DNA of 63,090 bases, counting the filler, from an uncultured Myxococcia bacterium (GTDB lineage Bacteria > CAZTWC01), in assembly GCA_964617105.1 (NCBI GenBank). It is 5 parts of 5 records of this genome, joined end to end, with 100 filler letters (N's around TTAATTAATTAA, not from the genome) between each part and the next. Parts side by side here need not be neighbours in the genome. Positions count along the whole stretch, not along the records: positions 1 to 12,602 come from CAZTWC010000089.1; positions 12,703 to 25,302 come from CAZTWC010000090.1; 3 more parts are not named here. The stretch is one strand, 5' to 3'. Below are positions 9,758 through 20,867 of the stretch, one piece after another; positions within the stretch are counted from its first letter, which is position 1, and each line of letters starts with the position of its first letter. Under the pieces are notes generated by a model, which saw only the letters and a list, made by a program, of their open reading frames with translations, was not told the DNA's origin and searched no databases. The translations under genes and the position numbers were made by a program.

Positions 9758-10127
9758 ATGGAAACCAAAAAAGTGCTGGTAATTGATGATGAGCCCGATA
9801 TGGTTACATTTTTAACCACCCTGCTCCAAGACAATGGCTTTGCCACCTACTCTGCCTCTGATGGCAAAGAGGGGATAGAGAAAGTCAGGCAGGAGAAACC
9901 AAATTTGATTTTGCTTGACCTGGTTATGCCCAACCAGAGCGGAGTCAAATTTTTCCGGCACATAAAGAAAGATGAGACTTTAAAAAATATTCCTATCATC
10001 ATTGTAACCGGACNNNNNNNNNNNNNNNNTCAAAAAGTGTGGGCCAGTGCCGGAACCGGAATATTTTATTGAGAAACCAGTGAATGAGCAAGTGCTATTG
10101 AGAGAGATAAACAATCATATAGCCTAA
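9758..10127 (+). CDS. Single-domain response regulator interrupted by a 16-N scaffold gap
   Basis: VLVIDDEPD, LILLDLVMP before gap (10014-10029); after the gap another frame reads PVPEPEYFIEKPVNEQVLLREINNHIA-stop, matching the paralogous receivers. Confidence 0.85.
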
Positions 10128-10133
10128 TGCCCG

Positions 10134-10157
10134 GTCAAGCGACATCAGTCGCTTGAC
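10134..10157. terminator. Perfect hairpin after the response regulator, possible terminator or processing site
   Basis: GTCAAGCGAC-ATCA-GTCGCTTGAC; no clear U-tract. Confidence 0.4.
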
Positions 10158-10327
10158 TTACAGTCCGACTCGCCCTATTCGCACCCCTTTATACGTTGAC
10201 CAACTTCGGCATGCAACTAAACATTTCAAAGATACCCACTAAATTTTTGTCCCATCTGCCCCTCCTGCAACCCCTTTTATAACCGTTGTTTCTACCTAAG
10301 TGGAACCCTGGAACCGTGGAATTACAG

Positions 10328-10356
10328 TTGACAAATATTGAGCAGCATGCTATGAA
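10328..10356 (+). promoter_or_regulatory. Sigma70-type promoter upstream of macrodomain gene
   Basis: TTGACA, 17-bp spacer ending TGC, TATGAA. Confidence 0.4.
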
Positions 10357-10435
10357 TTCATACTTCGACTTGCCAAAAACATAAAATAGATAAAATCCAT
10401 AACAACAATTTCGATTTGGCCAAAAGGAGTGACAT

Positions 10436-10975
10436 ATGTGTGAAAAAAAAATAGAGGATAAAATTCTCCGCCTGATACGGGGGGATGTCACTGACGTGGA
10501 AACCGATGCCTTTGTTTACCATGCTGTAGAGAACCTGGAGTTAGGATCTGGATTTGGCGGCGCCATTGCTGTCAGAGGAGGTCCGGAGATCAAAAAAGAA
10601 TTGGAAGAATACCTTAAAGAGAATAGTGAACTTAACGTGGGCGATGCTATTATCTCATCTGCCGGCAATATGAAAGCTAACTATATTATTCATGCAGTGG
10701 GACCCAAGTTTCAGGAAGAAAACATCAAGGAAAAACTGAGCACCACAATTTTAAATGCTCTCAAATCCACGGCAGAGAAGAAAGATATCAAGAAAGTGGC
10801 TTTTCCTCCGTTGGGTACAGGCTTTTACGGTGTCCCTCTCGACCTTTGCGCCGATGTATTGCTGACCACTGTTAAACAATACCTGGAAACCAATTCCACT
10901 CTAAAAGAGGTAGAAGTGGTTCTGCAGGATAACCGGGAATGGATTCCCTTTAATAAAAGGTTAGAGTCTTTGTAA
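10436..10975 (+). CDS. Macrodomain (ADP-ribose-binding) protein with non-canonical active-site loop
   Basis: RGDVT, LGSGFGGAI, AGNMKANYIIHAVGP, VAFPPLGTGFYG; usual NAAN replaced by YHAV; AAGGAG RBS. Confidence 0.88.
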   Translation: MCEKKIEDKILRLIRGDVTDVETDAFVYHAVENLELGSGFGGAIAVRGGPEIKKELEEYLKENSELNVGDAIISSAGNMKANYIIHAVGPKFQEENIKEKLSTTILNALKSTAEKKDIKKVAFPPLGTGFYGVPLDLCADVLLTTVKQYLETNSTLKEVEVVLQDNREWIPFNKRLESL

Positions 10976-11033
10976 TTCAAAAAGAGTAACAATTTTAATT
11001 TATATATTGGCAATTTTACAGAAGGAGTTGATC

Positions 11034-11777
11034 ATGGCAGAAAGTCCATTGCTTCATTTTTTAAAACACCAGGCTCACGATATGGCCTTACTATGGATGG
11101 TAACGGTTTATGTTTTTAGACTTATATGGTTTATGCGTTTCCCCCCAATGTCTGATCGGCAGGCACGCACCGGTCATGGTAATACCACCCCCGCTCATGG
11201 GGCAAAAATGTCGCTGCTCAATGTCACACTGCCCTGGACAATGGAGAGTTCCCGCCGCAATATAGGCTTTTGGGTTCAATTTGTCATTTTCCACATTGGC
11301 GCAGTAAGTTGTATTTTTTTGGCAGTAACCTTCTCATATTTTCCGGTAATCCTAACATATTCTACGGTAGTCTTCCTGTTTCAGGTTGTTATCGGAGGCG
11401 CCTTTGTGGTTGGCGTTATTAGAATTGCCCGTCGCATCAGCGATCCCCAATTGATGGCCATTAGCACGCCTGATGATTATTTTGCCATCAGCCTGCTTAC
11501 TATCTGGTTATTCTTCGGCTTCATATCTGCCCCCAACAACCTCGGTGTGGGTGAATGGCAACAATTGACCTATTTTATTTTAACGGTGTTTTTTCTGTTC
11601 TATGTTCCTTTTAGTAAAATTTCCCATTACTTATACTACCCTTTTAACCGCTGGTATTTAGGTAGAACTCTGGGGTATCGCGGAGTATTCCCCCTTGAGC
11701 AGAACGTTCAGGATGATGAAAAATTGTCCCAATTGATAAGAAATGTAAACCAAGGGCTGACTAACGCCGAAAAATAG
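11034..11777 (+). CDS. TmcC/HmcE-like membrane cytochrome b subunit
   Basis: TM helices, IFHIG, ISTPDDYF, YVPFSKISHY; ATG at 11034 follows GAAGGAG. Confidence 0.75.
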   Translation: MAESPLLHFLKHQAHDMALLWMVTVYVFRLIWFMRFPPMSDRQARTGHGNTTPAHGAKMSLLNVTLPWTMESSRRNIGFWVQFVIFHIGAVSCIFLAVTFSYFPVILTYSTVVFLFQVVIGGAFVVGVIRIARRISDPQLMAISTPDDYFAISLLTIWLFFGFISAPNNLGVGEWQQLTYFILTVFFLFYVPFSKISHYLYYPFNRWYLGRTLGYRGVFPLEQNVQDDEKLSQLIRNVNQGLTNAEK

Positions 11778-11788
11778 AGGAGTGCACC

Positions 11789-12602
11789 ATGTCTGAAAAA
11801 ATCCGTTCTCAGAAGGCTCAAAAATTTCTGGAAAGGTTACCGGTAAAATTGAAACGGCAACTAGTCGGTTCCCTGGTGGGCTGCGTTCATTGCGGCATGT
11901 GCACCGACTCCTGCCACTATGTAATGGCCAACCCCGATGACCCAACCTATATTCCAGCCTATAAGGGCGATCAAATACGTAAAATTTTTAAGGCCCATCA
12001 CGATTGGGCTCCCCGGCTTTTACCCTCCTTTTATAAAGCCAAAAGCATTTTTACCGATGAAGAGTTGGAAAATTTAAAAGATATTTCCTTTGGAAAATGC
12101 ACCAATTGCCGGCGCTGCACCATCAACTGCCCCATGGGAGTTGATTTCGCCACCCTAAACCGGGTGACCAGAGGATTACTTACCTATGTGGGTGTCATGC
12201 CGGAAGGTGTCCGGGTGGTCTCCAAAGACCAATGGGAGTTAGGTAACCAGATGGGGGTGCTCAAAGAGGAATATATCGATACCGTCGAATGGATGTCAGA
12301 GGAGTTAGTGGATGAAGTGGGCGATCCCAATGCTGCCATCCCTATCGATAAACAGGGAGCGGACATTGTCTATTCTATCAATCCCCGGGAGATCAAATAC
12401 GATCCGCGTAGTATCGCCGATGCCGCTAAAATCTTTTGGGCGGCCGGCGCCAACTGGACCATGCCTAGTGAATGCTGGGATATGACCAACTTTGGCCTGT
12501 TCAATGGCGACGATGACCTGGGCGGTTCAGTGGGCCGGAGGCTCTTTGAAAAAACTTCCGAGTTGGGCGCTAAAAAACTGGTTATATCGGAATGTGGTCA
12601 CG
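11789..12602 (+). CDS. TmcB/HmcF-like Fe-S (CCG family) protein, 3'-truncated
   Basis: CVHCGMCTDSCHY, CTNCRRCTINCPMGVD, ISECGH; runs into linker. Confidence 0.82.
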
Positions 12603-12702
12603 NNNNNNNNNNNNNNNNNNNNNNNNNNNNNNNNNNNNNNNNNNNNTTAATTAATTAANNNNNNNNNNNNNNNNNNNNNNNNNNNNNNNNNNNNNNNNNN
12701 NN
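12603..12702. other. Artificial contig linker
   Basis: 44 N + TTAATTAATTAA + 44 N. Confidence 0.99.
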
Positions 12703-15700
12703 AACCGCATTTGACTCCCACCATGGTGCAGCCGGCTGCACAGAGACCATCTTTCAGGCAAACCTGGCCCGGGCCGCAATCGATGTTGATTTTACAGGGG
12801 TAGCTGCAATAACTTCCACCCTCTTCACCGATCAGATTACCATCCTGGTACAGATCGCGAATAAAATGGGGCCAGCATATAGTATCCTGGGCCTGGTCAG
12901 AGCATTTAGCCGGACTGGCCGGGCATTTGGGCGCACACATTCCTTGAACACATACCCGGTTATTGTCATCGCTGCACTCAGAATTGATTTTGCATTTCTG
13001 AAAGCAGTAATTACCGCCCACTTCACCCAGTTTGGTTTGTTGGTCTTCGGTATAAATACTGTGTTTGCCAGCTACATGGCAGATTCCAGCCATGTTATAG
13101 AATTCACAGGCTTCGTAGGGTTTATGACATTCCGGCACACACATGCCGCCCACGCACACATGCCCGGCGCTGCACTGGTGGTTGTATTTGCACATGGGCC
13201 TGCAGAATTCGCCTCCCTTAGTATAGCCATCTTTAGTTTGGGTATTTTCCAACTCGCACTTGAAATTAATATCTGCACCAGCACTGTTAAAGGCGCTTTC
13301 CAATTCCTGACACAGGTCGGTGTCGGCGGCATCTTTGCAGGGCAAAGAGCAGCGGCCGTCCCAATGACAGGTTCCCTGGCCAGTGAATAGACTGGTTTGG
13401 ATTTTACATTCCTGGTTGACCTTGCAGCGGCGGTCACAATAGGCGCCGCCAAAAATATAGTTACAGGTAAAGCCTTCGGAACAGAGATGCTGTTTGCATT
13501 TGGGCAGGCAGGCTTGAATATTACCTTCTGTGGTGGTAGCACAAACCGATTCCGAAGGGCAGGTAAATTCTGTGCAGTTTTGGTTTTCTACAATACAAAC
13601 TCCTTTGATCAGACTTTCATCCCGGTTGTCAATATACCAGGGTTTAGAGCAAAGAGCATCTCTGGCAGTGCCATCAATTAAAAAAGAGCAGTCAGAGTCC
13701 TTTAAGCAGGATTTGCCCACGGTCTGGCAGGAGGCCAGTTCATCAATAGCTCCGTCACAGTTGTTGTCTAGATTATCGCAAATTTCGGTAGCATTGGGAT
13801 TGATCTCCTTGTTGTGATCATCGCAATCTACATCCCCCAGAAAAGTGTCGTTATCCAGGTCTTCACAGATCTCATCCACTTTGTTGTTACAGTTATTATC
13901 TTTCTGGTCTTTACACACCTCTTTGGCACCGGGGTTGATTTCCGGGTTGTTTTCATCGCAATCCACAAAGAAGGGGAAGGTGTCTTTATCTTTATCCTCA
14001 GGGTGACACCGTTCGCCGTCTTTGTCTACCATACAACTGAACTTGGGAGGACAGGAGGTATCTCCGTGGCAAATCGGAAAGCACCAGCCGTGATTTGTTT
14101 TGAAACGCTCGCTATAAAAACAGTAACTGGACGGCTCACATTTTCTTTCTCCATCGCAATGGGCAAATTGGGCTATGCCGCACTCTTCGTCAATAGCGCC
14201 ATCGCAGTCATTATCTTTGCCATCACACTCTTCTGGCTGTGGCAGCACCTGACCTACGCACTCTTTGAAACTACCGGCTTGGCAAACCTTGACTCCAGAT
14301 TGGCAGGCTCCAACTCCCATAGCATCTTGGGGGCCCATATAACAGGCCACCTGGATATTTTCATCAACTTGTCCATCGCAGTCATTGTCCTGGTTATCAC
14401 ATATTTCAACTATATTCTTTATACTCTCATTTACACACTCCACATCAACGGCATCAATTTTACAGGTCCAGGTGCCTTTTTTACAGAGGTCGCTGTCATC
14501 GCTGTCACAGGAATCACCCGGTTTGCCCTGCATCTCTCCACAACCGTTGCATTCGTTGAGCACCCCTTCGTCCACTTGGCCGTCACAGTTGTTATCTTCA
14601 CCATCGCAAATTTCACCAAAACTGGCGCCTATTTCGCTACACTCCACATCACTATTGTCTGATTTACAGACAAAAGTTCCGTGCTTGCATTGGTCTTCAT
14701 CCGGACCGTCACAGGATTCCTCTAACTGGCCTTGCATCTCCCCGCAGCCCCCGCAGCCATTTTTCAGGCCCTCATCCACCTGTCCGTTACAGTCGTTGTC
14801 TTTATTATCGCAACTGGTCTCAGTTGTTTCATAACCGCTGATGGCGGTATAATCCGGTTCTTTCCACCCGTCAGCGCCGCTGCAGACCAATTTTTTTCCA
14901 GCGCAAAGGCCCCGGGTTTTGGTGGCTGCCGCCGCTGTCAACCCTTCATCGGTTGCCCCATCGCAGTCGTTATCCTTTCNNNNNNNNNNATCTCTATAGG
15001 AGTTGCGCCACACTGTCCGCAGGCATTGAGTAGCCCTTCGTCGGTCTTACCATCGCAATCATTGTCCTGGTTATCGCAAACTTCAGCCGGAGTTGCTCCG
15101 CATTGACCGCAGGCATTGCGCAAGCCCTCGTCCACTGTTCCATCACAATCATTGTCTTTGTTGTCGCAAATCTCTTTTATTCCTCCCTCTGTGGGCTCAT
15201 TACAGGTGGTGGTGGAGCCATCAAGAGTGCAGATAAATTTACCATTTTTACAACGGTCTGAGTCAAGTCCATCGCATGATTGGTTCAATTTTGGAAAATT
15301 TTCATCCACTGCCCCATCGCAGTCATCATCCATCCGGTTGCACAGTTCGGCAAAGGTTTTACTCTCCTTGCATATAGTTTTGTCGCCGGAAGCATCACAT
15401 TGAAAGGTGCCGGCCTGGCAAAGATCAGGATCATCGGAATCACAGCGTTTTCCCAGAGTGGGGAAATCTTCATCAATCTGGCCGTCACAGTCGTCATCTA
15501 TGTTGTTGCAAATATCTTTGATATCTTTTTTGGTTTCATTTTCGCATACCACTTTTTTGCCGTCGCTAGAACAGGTATAGGTGCCGTTTTTACACATATC
15601 AGTATCAGCACCGTCACAGGCAGTTTCCAACCAGGCAAAATCTTCATCAATCTCACCATCACAGTCATCATCCTTGCCGTTGCACAGTTCCGCCTTGGGA

Positions 15701-18700
15701 GGTTTAGCCCCGGAGCAACTGGCCCACTTGCCGCTGGAACAGGACTGGGTACCTTTTTGGCACTCACCAGTGTCTATTCCGCAAGGCCTGGTCTCATTTT
15801 GCTGGCACAGGCAGTTTTCATCCACCTGGCCATCACAATCGTTATCCTTACCATCGCAGGAGGTCTCCTCGATCTCATAATCGGCATCATATTCTCCAGC
15901 TCCGCACACCAGGTAACCCAATTTGCCGCCGCAGTATTTCTGGGCCCCTTGACATACGCCATCCTGCAAATCGCATAATTCGGTGGCAATCTCTTCATCC
16001 ACCTGGCCATCGCAATCATTATCCCGGCCATCACAGATTTCCGCTTCTTTCTCTTTCACTGAAGCGCTGCAAGCCACTGTAGTTTTGGAACTGGAGCAGA
16101 CCAACTCCCCTTCGTCATGACACTCACCTTTGCCCACCATACAGGGGAAGCCCAGTGAATAACCTTCATCTACCTCCTGGTTGCAGTTATTGTCTATACC
16201 GTCACAAAATTCTCTGGCCCCGGGAAAACGGGAGGGATCAGCATCATCACAGTCCCCTTCGCTGGGAGTTATACTGTCGCCGTCACCATCACAGTGCTCA
16301 ACTCCCAAATCGGAGCCGTTGCAGTCCTGGTCGATATTGTCGCCGCAGATCTCTTTGGCGCCTGGATTGATACGAATATTATTGTCATCACAGTCCAGTC
16401 CCTTGCCGGTGCCGCCGGGAAAACCATCACCATCATTGTCTACTGGTTTGGCTATTTTTGGAACAATGGTGATTTTTACAAACTGAACCCTGGTTTTAGC
16501 GCCTTGTTCATCCTGGCCGAAAACTTTTAGAATAAAAGAACCTAACTGCTTGGAGGTAAGTTTACGTACTGCACGGTAGGGGAGATCTTCACCAACTTTG
16601 GTAAGGGATGCATCTTTGCGGGTCAGCAAATTAAAGTTAAAGGTTACCTTTTCACCTTCCGGGTCCATAGCCCTGGTTACAATATTTACACTGGCTTCAG
16701 CCGTTGGATCCTCTTTTTCCACCACTAAACTTATGGGGGTCACCCGAAAATCTTTGGGCGCCATGTTTTCTTTCTCTTTCACCACGGTCAATGCTATCTG
16801 GGAAGGCTTACCCTCTTCCTTGCCATCGTGAGCAAAACATCTAACATGGTAATCGCCGGCATCAGCAGCACTAAAGGAAACATTAGGCCCCTTATCACTG
16901 GACAGATCACCATTGCTTTCCCAGCGAAAGCGCAAATTGTTGCCCAACTGTTCCGCATCCTCTCCAATGGCGATTAATTGAAGTTTGTCATTCTCTTTCA
17001 GGGCAGGGCGCATAGAGATAATTTTGCAGGTGGGAGGTGTGTTTATGACCGGTTTTTCTACCCTAATATTAAAGGTATGGCTATATTCATTGGGGTCATC
17101 TTTAATTTTTACCGCAAGTTTCACCTGAAAAGTGCCCGGTTTGGTGGAGGAGAAATTGGCTCTTTGATTTTTGTTTTCTGGTTTGGCTACCGCTATGATT
17201 CTGCCGCCAGAACTGCTCCATTTACTAAGGGTCTCCTCAGCATGTTCCACCACTATCTTTAGATCAACAGTTTTATTGATTTCAGTTACAATCACTTTTT
17301 CGGTTAATTGTGCTTTAAATAATGGAGGAACAAACTTTTTATCCTCTTTGTCGTCCTGATTTTTAATGCCATCGCAGTCTTTGTCATCATCTATTATGGA
17401 CAGTTTGGAGAATTCTTCTGTTGCAATGGTTTGGGCTAAAAGTTTTGTGTTGCGGAAGAGTCCCCCCACCAAAGGGTTTTCTGCCTTCCCCGTTTTTAGT
17501 AAACTGATTTCGATAGTATAACTGACAGTAATGGGAGTTGATTTTGTTTGGTCATTCCAATTTCTATACATATAGATAGGTATTCTAAATTTATCGTTGA
17601 AAAGTAAATTGGTTATTTCTTCAATATCGGTTTTAACGTTAAAAACCTGGTTTACAAGTTCAGTCTCAGCAGTTAAAACAATTTTTTTCTTGTTTTCACC
17701 AAGGTTGTCCTGAAAAGTACTAATTTTGGCAAATAAAGAGCCAATTCCTATCATATCACTAAAATATAATTCGTTATCTGATGATGAATTCTTCGATAAA
17801 ACATATACTTGATATTTTATTGAAAGAACTCTATCATCCATTTTTTGGATAATCTCTTTGAGGTTTTTCTCGGTTATTTTAATACCGTCGGTGAGCACAT
17901 TAATATATTTGGTTTCAATCTCTTCTGGTTTTACATCCAGTTTGAATTCAGCAAACATTTTTTGGCTGCAGTTATCACCGCCTAAGAACAATTTGGTAGA
18001 TACAATGTCTGGTTTTGGGGTAACAGTATACATAGAAAAGTGGTTAGACCTGACCACCGCAACATTATTTTCATAGTCCACATCTTCCAAATCGGCATTT
18101 TCCCAGTTGCCGCTTTCCAGGTTAAAGGTCTTGGCTTCTAACTTGACCGAGGAGTCGATATTTTTGGGCAGGGGCAAGAAGAGTTCCACCGGCGAATCAA
18201 ATTTGGTGCCTGCCGGGCCAAATTCTACCGGCACCAGGTCGGCCTGGGTTATTTTTCCCTCTTTGCCGCGCACGCCGCCCCTGACTCCCATGTGGGGAAC
18301 ATTGGGGGCATTGTTAACCTGGTTGACCGAGACTTTTATCGATTTTTCCTGAGAACGCACTGCTTCGGCCGGTATATTTACCCCACTACCTTTAATGGGA
18401 CTCATGGGAGCATCCACGGTTACCGATTTACCATTGGGATTCTTGGGATTGACCTCCTCCTCTTTCCACTTTTTAAAAGAGGCGATGTCTATGGTAAACT
18501 TTTGTTCTACCACCTCTGTGCCCAACATCACTTTGACAGTCACCTCCTGGCTTTCACCGCTATCTTTGCCCGGGTACCAGGTAATGAGGCCGTTTTCATT
18601 GATAGTCATCCCATCGGGCCGTTTTTTTATGGAGAACAGGTATTCACCGCTGTTGTTCAAAGTTACCTGGTAGCGGTATTTTTGTCCCACAGACCCGTTG

Positions 18701-18966
18701 GTGATGGGGAAAGATGTAAACTTTAACGGTTGGGGAGCCGGGGTTTCATCCACTTCAGCATCGCCGCCATCCACTTCACCTTCGCCACCATCCTCTTTTT
18801 CGCCAGCATCGGTTTTATCGCCAGCATCCTGGCCGCCGTCCTCAACCGTTGAGTCGCCTTTGTCGCCATCTCCGCTGCCGCCGCAGCCCATGGCCGTAAA
18901 AAAGGTCAGGCAGATAATCAGCAATAAAGTGGTGATAGATTTGTTCTTAAGGGATAAAAATTTCAT
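12703..18966 (-). CDS. Giant Cys-rich surface lipoprotein (Ig-like, ZU5-like, PKD-like domains, many DNDCDGxxDE MopE-type repeats); one gene split by a 10-N gap, 3'-truncated
   Basis: GGAGGA RBS, lipoprotein-like signal ending AMGC; ORFs 14938-19002 and 12647-15013 join inside one repeat unit across N gap 14980-14989. Confidence 0.85.
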
Positions 18967-19180
18967 TTTGTCCTCCCGGGATAATGAAAAGAATTTGATC
19001 ACAGTAAAGATGTATTATACATAATATTAGCGAAAAATATAACCCCTTAATATATAGAAACATATTAAGGCCACAATGTGCTGCCGGTCTGCTCTGAGCC
19101 TCTAAAAGCAAAGCTCTTGCAATAGCATATTGGTGGTGGTAGGATTGATACGAATTAACTAGGTTTAATTGGAGTATTAT

Positions 19181-20812
19181 ATGGGTTCTGATAAGATCAA
19201 ACAGGGAGTTGACACCACTCCACATCGGGCTCTGTTGCGGGCGGTGGGTTTAAAGGATGAAGATTTTACCAAACCATTTATTGGTGTGGCCAACAGTTAT
19301 AACAATATTATTCCCGGTCATATCCACTTGCAACAGCTCTGCCAGGAGGTGATAGCCGGGATAAAAGATGCTGGCGGAGTGCCGTTTGTATGGGGCGTAC
19401 CTGGGATTTGCGATGGTATTGCCATGTTTGTGGAGATGCGCCATTCTCTTCCCTCCCGGGAAAATATTGCCGACAACATCGAGATGATGGTCCTCTCTCA
19501 CAGTTTGGATGGTTGGGTGGGGATAACCAACTGTGATAAAATTACCCCCGCTATGCTAATGGCCATAGGCCGTCTTAATTTGCCCTCCCTGCTGTTTACC
19601 GGTGGTCCCATGCGCAGCGGCGGTAGCAACGGGAAACGACTGGATTTGGTATCGTGTTTTGAAGCAGTGGGTCAATTTCGGGCCAATAAAATCAGTGCTG
19701 AAGAGTTAGCCATTATCGAAAAGCAGAGTTGCCCCGGTCCCGGCAGTTGCGCCGGTATGTTTACTGCCAATACCATGGCTTGCTTGACGGAGGCGTTAGG
19801 GCTTTCTCTTAGCGGCTGTGCCACTATGCTGGCTGAAAATCCCAGCCGAAGAGAGTTAGCCTACCTGAGTGGAAAAAGAGCAGTAGAGATGGTGCGGGGC
19901 AATATCCGTCCCCACAAGTTGATTACTGAAAAGAGTTTTTTAAATGCTATTAGAGTAGACATGGCCCTGGGTGGTTCCACCAACAGCGTTCTTCACTTAC
20001 CAGCAGTGGCCAGGGAGTTTGGTTTTGATTTGGAACCAGAGAGTTTTGATCAGATATCGCGCCAAATTTCCACTTTGTGCAGCATACGGCCGGCGGGAGA
20101 TCATTTTATGGAGGATTTGGACCGGGCCGGCGGCGTGGCAGCGGTTTTGAACCGGCTGGAGGACTCTTTGCAAAGTTCAATCACGGTGGATGGTATGGAT
20201 ATAACCGAGATCGCCGGTCTGGCTACGGTTAGGGATCCCACGGTGATTCGTCCAAAAACAAACCCCTTTTTCCCGCAGGGAGGTATAGCCATATTAAAGG
20301 GCAACCTGGCTCATCGGTCAGTGGTAAAGCAGAGTGCAGTGGCTGCTGATATGCTGGCACATAGAGGTCCAGCCCGGGTATTTCTTAAAGAAGAGGATCT
20401 GCTGGTCGCTATAGAGCAGAGAACTCTTCAGGAGGGAGACGTGGTGGTCTTGCCATACATGGGGCCAGCCGGAGCGCCTGGGATGCCGGAGATGCTCACC
20501 CCCACCGCTGCTATTATGGGGGCTGGCTATAAAAAAGTGGCATTGATTACTGACGGCAGGTTTTCAGGAGGCACCAGGGGCGCCTGTATAGGGCATGTGG
20601 AGCCGGAAGCCTTTTTGGGCGGGGCTATCGGTGCGGTGCAGGACGGCGATATAATCCATATAGATATCGAGGCCAGGAAAATAGAGTTGGAACTTTCAGA
20701 TCAAGTTATTAAAAATCGACTAGAAAAGCGGCAAATTCCCAGCCGGGAAGTAACCCCCATGTTAGCCCGGTATCGGGAGAGTATTTTGGCCAGGACCTCA
20801 GAAAATATGTGA
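19181..20812 (+). CDS. ilvD: Dihydroxy-acid dehydratase
   Basis: KPFIGVANS, PGHIHL, ICDGIAM, CDKITP, GSCAGMFTANTM, GGSTN, TDGRFSG. Confidence 0.96.
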   Translation: MGSDKIKQGVDTTPHRALLRAVGLKDEDFTKPFIGVANSYNNIIPGHIHLQQLCQEVIAGIKDAGGVPFVWGVPGICDGIAMFVEMRHSLPSRENIADNIEMMVLSHSLDGWVGITNCDKITPAMLMAIGRLNLPSLLFTGGPMRSGGSNGKRLDLVSCFEAVGQFRANKISAEELAIIEKQSCPGPGSCAGMFTANTMACLTEALGLSLSGCATMLAENPSRRELAYLSGKRAVEMVRGNIRPHKLITEKSFLNAIRVDMALGGSTNSVLHLPAVAREFGFDLEPESFDQISRQISTLCSIRPAGDHFMEDLDRAGGVAAVLNRLEDSLQSSITVDGMDITEIAGLATVRDPTVIRPKTNPFFPQGGIAILKGNLAHRSVVKQSAVAADMLAHRGPARVFLKEEDLLVAIEQRTLQEGDVVVLPYMGPAGAPGMPEMLTPTAAIMGAGYKKVALITDGRFSGGTRGACIGHVEPEAFLGGAIGAVQDGDIIHIDIEARKIELELSDQVIKNRLEKRQIPSREVTPMLARYRESILARTSENM

Positions 20813-20867
20813 ATCGGTCGTTGTTGACACAAAATTGTGCACTTTAGGTGTACTGGAGATAGATGAG

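Noticed and set aside
12647-12658. TTAATTAATTAA recurring about every 12.6 kb
   Set aside because: Synthetic all-frame stop spacer inside N runs, not a biological repeat
14980-14989. Programmed frameshift or pseudogene in the giant protein (and in the receiver at 10014-10029)
   Set aside because: Both frame changes coincide with placeholder N gaps
14700-16450. Repeats resembling a CRISPR array
   Set aside because: Degenerate, in-frame protein-coding repeats; no constant repeat-spacer pattern and no cas genes
12866-18726. Many plus-strand ORFs opposite the giant protein
   Set aside because: Antisense shadows of repetitive Cys/Asp codons with no recognisable motifs
19070-19165. Ile/Leu/Val-rich leader peptide (LVVVGLIRIN) upstream of ilvD
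   Set aside because: No RBS or ATG for it and no terminator/antiterminator hairpin
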